DNA of 64,000 nt, taken from IMG/VR virus record IMGVR_UViG_3300046513_000217; one strand, written 5' to 3'. The notes below the pieces were generated by a model, which saw nothing but the letters and a program-made list of their open reading frames with translations, was not told the origin of the DNA and ran no database searches. Made by a program: the position numbers and the translations under genes. Of this stretch, positions 57,934-64,000 are shown piece after piece (the stretch's first letter is position 1; the number at the start of each line of letters is the position of its first letter). The DNA comes from an uncultured virus (IMG/VR IMGVR_UViG_3300046513_000217). Taxonomy: Duplodnaviria; Heunggongvirae; Uroviricota; Caudoviricetes.

Positions 57934-58593
57934 TCAAAACGGAATGTCGTCGTCCATGTCCTTGTTGCGACCCGAGGAGGCGGTGTTGCCACCGCGGCCG
58001 CCGCCACGGTCGTCACGGCCACGGTCGTTGTCACGGTCATTGCCACGGCTGCCACCACGGCTGCTGCCACGGTCATCGCCGCCACGGTCGTCGTCGCGGG
58101 AGTTGCCACGGCTCGACGAGGAACCGCGGCTGCCGCGGTCATCCTTGCCGCCGCGATCGTCGCGGTCACGGCTGTTGCCGCTGCTGCGGGAGCTTCCGCC
58201 ACGATCGTCACGGTCGCCGCCGCTCTTGTTGTCGTTGTCGAACGACAGCTTCATCAGCGCATCGATCGGGGCGAAGGCGGGGATGACGATCTCGGTCGAG
58301 TAGCGATCCTTGCCGTCCTGATCTTCCCATTTGCGGGTCTGGATCTTGCCTTCGAGGCGGACGAGGTCACCCTTCTTCAGGTACTTCTCGACGAACTCGA
58401 TCGTCTTCTCGTTCCAGACGACGATGTTGTGCCACTCGGTCTTCTCCTGCTTTTCGCCGGAGCGCTTGTCCTTCCAGCTCTCGCTGGTGGCGACGCTGAA
58501 GTTGGCGACGGAAGAACCGTTCGAGAGGTTCTTCACCTCGGGGTCCTTGCCGAGGCGGCCGATCAGCTCAACCTTGTTCAAACTTGATGCCAT
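57934..58593 (-). CDS. ssb: Single-stranded DNA-binding protein
   Basis: [27 protein letters not shown]-terminal DDDIPF. Confidence 0.95.
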   Translation of the reverse strand: MASSLNKVELIGRLGKDPEVKNLSNGSSVANFSVATSESWKDKRSGEKQEKTEWHNIVVWNEKTIEFVEKYLKKGDLVRLEGKIQTRKWEDQDGKDRYSTEIVIPAFAPIDALMKLSFDNDNKSGGDRDDRGGSSRSSGNSRDRDDRGGKDDRGSRGSSSSRGNSRDDDRGGDDRGSSRGGSRGNDRDNDRGRDDRGGGRGGNTASSGRNKDMDDDIPF

Positions 58594-58651
58594 TGGTCTC
58601 TCCTTCTGTGGTTTGCATTAGCAGTTCGTTTGCATTCAAGCAAGCGTTATT

Positions 58652-60205
58652 TCAAAAAAGTGGCTTCACGAACAGTCCGGTGGTCTCGTTGAACGACATG
58701 ATCGCCGAACCGGTGTTGCCGGCGATACGCTTGAGACGCACCTTCGGGATCATGATCTTGCGCGAGTTCGGATCCTCAGCGTCGTCCGCGTGGACGATGA
58801 TGCCGAGGTCCGGCTTGTTCGCCCAGTGAGCGGAGTCCGAGATGCTGTACAGGCCGGGGATTGCTCCCGGGTCCAGCTTGGTGGGGTGAGCCACCACGAT
58901 GACGCAGACACCGAACTGCTTGGCGAACCTCTTCAGCTGCTTGATCGCCTTCCCGACATACTCGGTCAGCGACATCGCCCCGGGCCGGTTGTGCTCAAGC
59001 TCGTTCCACGGATCGATGATCAGGCACTTGACGCCATCGCGGAACACCGCGGCGGCTGCCGTGTCGATCAGGAACTTCACGTCGATCTCGAAGTCCTTGC
59101 TGTCGTCGTAGTCGATGAACTGGAAGTAGCGCTCGACGAAGGCCTCCGCTTTCTTCTTCTCCTCGAACGACCATGCCTTGCGCTCCTTGTCGAGGAACGC
59201 GGTCATCAGCTCGTGTGCCAGGAACGGCTTGACGTCCTTCTCACCCGAGAAGATGGCGATCGGCCATTTGTGCTTCTTCGCCAGCAGCACCGCGACCTGG
59301 TTGATCAGGGTCGACTTGCCGACGTTGGGCGTGCCGGTGCAGACGACGAACTGGCCGCCGTAGAACTTCATCAGCGTGTCCAACTCCTCGGACAGGCCGA
59401 TTTCGCACATGGTCGGGATGTCCAGCTCCGGATAGTCGGAGAGACGGAACAGGCCCTTGACCGGCCACGGCTTCACGTTGTCGAGCATCTCCTGGACGCG
59501 CTCGGCGCCGAGATACTTCTTGACCTCGTTCAGATCCTTGCACGATCTGAACTCGCCCTTGTTCTTCTTGTCGGGAACGACCTGGTCATCCGGGAACGTG
59601 ACCCAGAAGCACTTGGCTGCACCGAGACGTCTGACCAATTCCTTGGCGAGGCGCTGGCCGGGCTCGTCGGCGTCGGTGCAGATGATGTGGTGCTTGACCT
59701 CCATCAGCTCGTTCATCAGCCGGCCCATGAAGGCGAACTTGTCGTCGTCCTCGGGATCGATATCTCGATCGTCATCCGGCACGTTGATCAGCTTGCCCTT
59801 GGCGTCGCGAGCCGGCGGCGCGCCATCGGGGACCGAGACGATCGTGTCGTAGCCGCATTCCTTACCGGCTTGGACGTCGAACTCGCCCTCGACCCAGATC
59901 AGCGACTCCGCCCCGCAGGCGAGGGCGTCCATCAGACGCTTGTCGAACAGAACGTCCGCGTTGTAGAGCGTCTTGACCGCGTCCTTGCGCTGCATGAAGC
60001 GGCGCTGCCCGTCCTGCGACCACCGGTATTTGGTGTTCACCTCGACGCCGTGCTCGAAGTACGGGAAGCAGAGGATGTTGCCGTTCAGGTCAGCTTCGAT
60101 TGACCCATCGCGCAAGCGACGCCCGCTGTAGTGCCCCATAGCCGCCGACATTTCGACGCTCAGGCCGCGATCCTCGATCCCCCGTGCGTGCTTCTCGTTT
60201 AGCAT
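58652..60205 (-). CDS. Toprim primase + SF4 helicase (T7 gp4/Twinkle-like), lacking N-terminal Zn domain
   Basis: VEGEFD, SVPDGA, D.DEPG, CKDLNE, TGTPNVGKS, IIDPWN, VAHP.K. Confidence 0.88.
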   Translation of the reverse strand: MLNEKHARGIEDRGLSVEMSAAMGHYSGRRLRDGSIEADLNGNILCFPYFEHGVEVNTKYRWSQDGQRRFMQRKDAVKTLYNADVLFDKRLMDALACGAESLIWVEGEFDVQAGKECGYDTIVSVPDGAPPARDAKGKLINVPDDDRDIDPEDDDKFAFMGRLMNELMEVKHHIICTDADEPGQRLAKELVRRLGAAKCFWVTFPDDQVVPDKKNKGEFRSCKDLNEVKKYLGAERVQEMLDNVKPWPVKGLFRLSDYPELDIPTMCEIGLSEELDTLMKFYGGQFVVCTGTPNVGKSTLINQVAVLLAKKHKWPIAIFSGEKDVKPFLAHELMTAFLDKERKAWSFEEKKKAEAFVERYFQFIDYDDSKDFEIDVKFLIDTAAAAVFRDGVKCLIIDPWNELEHNRPGAMSLTEYVGKAIKQLKRFAKQFGVCVIVVAHPTKLDPGAIPGLYSISDSAHWANKPDLGIIVHADDAEDPNSRKIMIPKVRLKRIAGNTGSAIMSFNETTGLFVKPLF

Positions 60206-60410
60206 TTTCTGAACCTACCCATGAGCAATTCTTGCAGTTCCATACGACTCCGCTGGCGTCGATCTTGACGCTCAGGCAGCGGATCTTTTTGTGAGCGCCC
60301 TTCCGTTTGTGAGAACACTGCGGACAGAGCGCGTACTGGTTTCCGAATTTGACGGACCGAAGCTTGATCCCCTCCTCGGACAGAACCTTCTCGATATCCA
60401 CACTGGCCAT
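60090..60410 (-). CDS. Stand-alone primase zinc-binding domain
   Basis: CPQCS..RK......CLSV......WNCKNC.W.G. Confidence 0.75.
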   Translation of the reverse strand: MASVDIEKVLSEEGIKLRSVKFGNQYALCPQCSHKRKGAHKKIRCLSVKIDASGVVWNCKNCSWVGSENAKREARTGDRGSRPERRNVGGYGALQRASLARWVNRS

Positions 60411-60412
60411 GG

Positions 60413-61243
60413 TCAGATCGCCGTCATGCGCTTGCCATTGACACCAGCCCAGGCGTTCCCCGGAGCCTTCGGTGCCGGCGGTCGCTCGGTCTCCCACCTG
60501 GCGTTGTTGAGCCAGACGGAAGCTGCAGCGATGAACCGCTCGTTCTTGCGATCCTGTTGGACGTCGGCATTCATCCGGGCGGCGTAGTAGGTGAGGCCGG
60601 CCATGATGTCGGTGAACTCGACCTCGTCGTCGCGCTCGATCTTCTCCAGCTTGGCGTAGGCTGCCTTGCGGCTGTCTCCCGGCTTCTTCGGGTACAGCTT
60701 CCAGAACTGCTGCCGATAATCTTCCGGCCAGGCTTTCGTCGAGCGCGGCTTCGTGGTTCTAGCTTTAGGTTTAGGTGATGGTTCTAAGTGATGGTTTATG
60801 GTGTCATCCTGGTTGACACCCGCCTGTCGCTTCGGTTGACGAGCGGTGTCCACCGAGGAGTCACCCCTGTCATCCTCGTTGACACCCTCCGTGTCGCCCT
60901 CGTTGACACCCTCGTCGTCCTCCTCCGCCGGCACGGGGCCGTCGTAGAGGTTGAGGATGTCCATGTGCATCGTGTACTCGGATGACCGGGTGCCGCCATC
61001 GGGCCGGACGCGAGACTCAGCCGAGAGGAGACCGATCTCCTCCATCAGCTTGAGGTTCTTGTTCACGCATGCGCGGCTCAGGCCGGTGATGCGGGCGATG
61101 GTGTTCTGTCGCGGGTAGGCGCTGTCCTCGTCACCGGCAAAGTTGGCCAGGATCATGAGGATGTGCCGCATTGTTGGGGTGATCTTCTTCGGACTGACGT
61201 CGACGAAGGACTCGATCACCCAGTTGATCGCTCTGATGCTCAT
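60413..61243 (-). CDS. Replication initiator (N-terminal HTH, lambda O-like layout)
   Basis: LANFA....AYP.Q.TIA..TGLSR..V...L..MEE.GL; FW..YPKK...WLN..RW. Confidence 0.8.
   Translation of the reverse strand: MSIRAINWVIESFVDVSPKKITPTMRHILMILANFAGDEDSAYPRQNTIARITGLSRACVNKNLKLMEEIGLLSAESRVRPDGGTRSSEYTMHMDILNLYDGPVPAEEDDEGVNEGDTEGVNEDDRGDSSVDTARQPKRQAGVNQDDTINHHLEPSPKPKARTTKPRSTKAWPEDYRQQFWKLYPKKPGDSRKAAYAKLEKIERDDEVEFTDIMAGLTYYAARMNADVQQDRKNERFIAAASVWLNNARWETERPPAPKAPGNAWAGVNGKRMTAI
60801..60909. repeat. Five 19-bp iterons; probable replication origin
   Basis: STGTC-N7-TTGACAC-like units at 60801, 60824, 60846, 60867, 60891. Confidence 0.75.
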
Positions 61244-61371
61244 CTTGTTCCGTTGTGTGCTTGCCCGCCGGTTTGACACCGTCGAAGGGCTGGTGTATTT
61301 GCACGAATGCAAACTAAAATGCAAGCCACGAGATGTGGTTGCTGCGACTTTCGAGTCACACCAGGGAACTC

Positions 61372-61983
61372 ATGAGCAAAATCCTCGTCGCCGGCCTCGA
61401 TCCGGCATTCGCCGCCTTTGGCATCAGCAGATTTTGGCTCGACCTGAACACCCTGGAGTTCACGTTTGACCGGTTTCGGACCATCTGGACCGAGAAGCTG
61501 GCCGGCAAGAAGAAGGTCGTACGCCAGAACTCCGACGACCTGCGTCGGGCCACAGAGCTGCACGACACGCTCCACGAGGAGCTGGATGGCTGTATGGTCG
61601 CCTTCGCCGAGATCCCGTCAGGGTCACAGCGCGCCCGGGCCGCGTTCGCATTCGGTGCCGCCGTTGGCATCCTCGCGTCGATCAAGATCCCGTTGATCCA
61701 GATCATGCCCGTGGAGACGAAGCTGGCGTCCGTGGGGAGCAAGACCGCCGAGAAGCCAGAGATCATCGCCTGGGCGGCGGAGCGCTTCCCTGAGGCTCCC
61801 TGGCAGCGCTACGAGGCCGATACGAAGAACAAGAAGGGCGAGATCATCAACCGGGCCGGTGGCCTGCATACCGATAACGAACACGTCGCCGACGCCTGCG
61901 CCGTCCCCTTCGCTGGCATTCGGACCCCCGAATTTCGCCAGCTGCTTGCACTGTGGAAGGCCACGCAAACAAACCGTGGTTGA
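61372..61983 (+). CDS. RuvC-like Holliday junction resolvase
   Basis: AGLDPA...FG, FAEIP.GSQ, P.E.K, A.K..II.WA, EH.ADA. Confidence 0.8.
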   Translation: MSKILVAGLDPAFAAFGISRFWLDLNTLEFTFDRFRTIWTEKLAGKKKVVRQNSDDLRRATELHDTLHEELDGCMVAFAEIPSGSQRARAAFAFGAAVGILASIKIPLIQIMPVETKLASVGSKTAEKPEIIAWAAERFPEAPWQRYEADTKNKKGEIINRAGGLHTDNEHVADACAVPFAGIRTPEFRQLLALWKATQTNRG

Positions 61984-62008
61984 TAACTCGAGTTGGCGTT
62001 GACCGATT

Positions 62009-62037
62009 AAACCCCTGTTTTTGCAGGGGTTTTTTCG
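62009..62037 (+). terminator. Rho-independent terminator
   Basis: aaacccctg...caggggttt stem followed by T run. Confidence 0.7.
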
Positions 62038-62044
62038 TTTTCAG

Positions 62045-62059
62045 GAACGGATGTGGAAC
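62045..62059 (+). promoter_or_regulatory. Candidate alphaproteobacterial LexA box
   Basis: GAAC-ggatgtg-GAAC (GAAC-N7-GAAC). Confidence 0.45.
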
Positions 62060-62259
62060 AAAAAAACATTTGCAATCCTGCGAAACCTATCGTATTCCGC
62101 GTCGTTAGCATCCGAGCAAATGGTCAGGGTGCCGAGTCAATGAGTGCAAACAGTGTCGTTTTTCAGAACAATTTGAGTGTACGGAACAGCACACAACGCG
62201 ATCCTTCAGTGGATCATTTACGAACTTGTTATGCGAACCATGGTATTGGAGGATCGCAA

Positions 62260-62979
62260 ATGGCATTATCGGCATCGATGAAAAAAGCACAGACCCCGAA
62301 GGAAATCGTGATCGAGTGGATCGACCACATCCTCGAACGCAAGAGGTGGACTGGCACCGATCTCGCTCGGCATTCCGAGTTGGCTCCCTCGACGATCCTG
62401 CGGCTCCTCAACAATCCGAAGCATCAGTTCGTGCCGACTGTCGCGACGCTTCAGAAGATCGCGACCGGCTCGGGCTACCCCATCCCGAAGAAGGTCATGG
62501 CTGCGCTCGGCGCTGATGCTGATGAGCTGCCGACCCCGCCCGGTGAGATGGATTCGGACAACATTCGGTCAGTCCGGACTGTTCGCATGCCACGGCAGGC
62601 CACCGTTCAGCTGCGGCACATTTCGTCGCTGCCGGCCTCGCTGCAGTCCGCGGTGAGCGGAAACCGTGACTCGTACATCCCGGCTCCGCCTCAGCTTGAT
62701 GGGGATGAGACTGCCTTCGCGTTCCACATGCCGGACAATACGTTCGACCCGTGGTTCAAGTCTGGCTCGCTGATGTTCGCCACCAAGCGTCGCGATCCAG
62801 TGGCGGGTGACACCCTGCTGATCACGGATAAGGGGGAGCGGTCTCGCGTCCGCCTGCTGATGGACATCACGGAGAAGGGCCTGAAGCTCGCCAAAACCAT
62901 CCCGGCAGTGGAAGACGAGGTTGTGTCCTTCGACGATATCAAGGACATCGCCATCGTCACCATCTTCATCAAGGCGTAA
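62260..62979 (+). CDS. Repressor-like protein: XRE HTH + degenerate S24-like domain
   Basis: DLARHSELAPSTILRLL...P...TLQKIA; FAF.MPDNTF.P....G; GGAGG RBS. Confidence 0.75.
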   Translation: MALSASMKKAQTPKEIVIEWIDHILERKRWTGTDLARHSELAPSTILRLLNNPKHQFVPTVATLQKIATGSGYPIPKKVMAALGADADELPTPPGEMDSDNIRSVRTVRMPRQATVQLRHISSLPASLQSAVSGNRDSYIPAPPQLDGDETAFAFHMPDNTFDPWFKSGSLMFATKRRDPVAGDTLLITDKGERSRVRLLMDITEKGLKLAKTIPAVEDEVVSFDDIKDIAIVTIFIKA

Positions 62980-62981
62980 TC

Positions 62982-63013
62982 TGATCTGTAAGTCAGCATT
63001 GACTTACAGGTCA
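62982..63013. terminator. Hairpin between convergent genes
   Basis: tgatctgtaagtca-gcat-tgacttacaggtca. Confidence 0.55.
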
Positions 63014-63394
63014 CACGTCGAACAGCTTCTGGACGCGGGTCAACATCTCCCTGATCGTCTTCGGCGGCGACGTCATCACGTCGACATTGAAGTCTTCTTC
63101 GAGCTGAGCAAGTAGCTTCAGCCAGGCCTCAGCCTCCCGTACAGCTTCCAGGTCAACCTGCGGCTCCCACCGCAGCCGCTGGATATGGAGAGCTGTCTTC
63201 TGGATCTCGAAGTTGAGATAATCCAGGAACTCTCGCAGCTGAACCGTGACACGGTCGATCGCCGGTTCGATCACGAGCAGGGAGTCGCAGATCTCAGCCA
63301 TGATGCCAGGGATACGATCCTTGAACATCGGGTTGATTGGACGCACCACCTCAATGGGAGGTGGCGCAACGGTGTTGGCGCGTGTGCTCATCAC
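63011..63394 (-). CDS. Hypothetical protein
   Basis: Coupled to upstream HTH gene. Confidence 0.55.
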   Translation of the reverse strand: MMSTRANTVAPPPIEVVRPINPMFKDRIPGIMAEICDSLLVIEPAIDRVTVQLREFLDYLNFEIQKTALHIQRLRWEPQVDLEAVREAEAWLKLLAQLEEDFNVDVMTSPPKTIREMLTRVQKLFDV

Positions 63395-63678
63395 GTCTCC
63401 TTGTTGCGCAGTAGCTTCAGGCGCCCTTGGGTTTCGACCGCGCTGAAGTCAGCCTTGGTTGGCTTGAAGGGCTGCAGGCCCCGGTCGATCGCAGCCAAAG
63501 CCAGCGCCGTAGCTTTGGTGACCCCGCGGATTTCGTATTTGCCAACAGCTTGGGTCGTGAGACCGAGCCAGTCAGCCAGATCAGACTGGGTCAGATTTCG
63601 AGAAATCCGGAACGCCTTCACTTCCTCGCCTTTGAGGAATTTCTTCGATGCATTTCGACTGGGCGCCATGCTGGTCAT
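63391..63678 (-). CDS. XRE-family HTH protein
   Basis: KAFR....LTQSDLA.WLG.T...V.KYE. Confidence 0.8.
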   Translation of the reverse strand: MTSMAPSRNASKKFLKGEEVKAFRISRNLTQSDLADWLGLTTQAVGKYEIRGVTKATALALAAIDRGLQPFKPTKADFSAVETQGRLKLLRNKET

Positions 63679-63743
63679 CTCTCAACGCTCTTTGGTGCAT
63701 TCGCGCATCTTGTTCGATCTAAAAGGGCCAGACAGGCCCTAAT

Positions 63744-64000
63744 TCACTCAATACACTTTGGAACGGGGCGACTGAAAACTCCGCAGGAGGGGCACCACTT
63801 CCGTGCGCTCCCCCAGTTTTTCAACTTCCTCTCGAAGGTTCTCGACGCTCCCGGGTAGAAGTGGGCGACGTGTACCTGACTGCCGGCCGCAACTGCAGCC
63901 TTCACCAGGGGTGATCCGCGCCCCGTCATGTGCTCGTGGAGTCTGCGCTCCGGCGAATCGTCCTTGCAAAAGCCGATGTAGTGCCCAGCGTGCTGATAGC
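63744..64000 (-). CDS. GIY-YIG-like small endonuclease (runs off window)
   Basis: Frame reads HAGHYIGF...ERRLHEH..GRG..L...ER.LK...CP.C. Confidence 0.6.
   Translation of the reverse strand, partial: YQHAGHYIGFCKDDSPERRLHEHMTGRGSPLVKAAVAAGSQVHVAHFYPGASRTFERKLKNWGSARKWCPSCGVFSRPVPKCIE

Noticed and set aside
60801..60909. CRISPR-like array
   Set aside because: Units are nearly adjacent with 2-5 bp gaps, lie inside a CDS, and no cas genes are present; iterons fit better.
62053..62259. N-terminal 69-aa extension of the repressor ORF
   Set aside because: It spans AT-rich regulatory DNA; a strong GGAGG RBS supports the start at 62260.

Overview
The window is a 64-kb segment of a large, GC-rich, temperate contractile-tailed phage (P2/Mu-like myovirus tail) of an alphaproteobacterial host, probably Rhizobiales/Bradyrhizobium-like. 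No clearly host-chromosomal DNA is visible. Bases 1-21950 (+) carry late genes: capsid end, neck, baseplate, fibres, sheath/tube, tail chaperone with a -1 frameshift, tape measure and lysis cassette. Bases 22075-26006 (+) carry a T5 A1-like phosphoesterase, a deoxyribosyltransferase-like protein and a dNMP kinase. Bases ~26000-61243 (mostly -) are early/middle genes: small accessory ORFs, MT-A70 methyltransferase, dCMP deaminase, an intact attP (3' half of tRNA-Pro) with integrase/excisionase, thyA, TAXI/TerC/TerB, class II RNR, recombination genes, dnaQ, an RlmN/Cfr-like radical SAM enzyme plus cupin, ssb, a split primase-helicase and an initiator containing iterons. RuvC-like and repressor-like genes follow. 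The most notable unexplained signals are (i) about 15 copies of a transcription-oriented 16-bp motif, (ii) genome-encoded SsrA-tag mimics at protein C-termini, (iii) the radical SAM/cupin pair, (iv) a counter-oriented two-gene cassette built on a duplicated unknown domain, and (v) a double palindrome in the tail operon. All family assignments come from motif recognition by eye; no database search was run.
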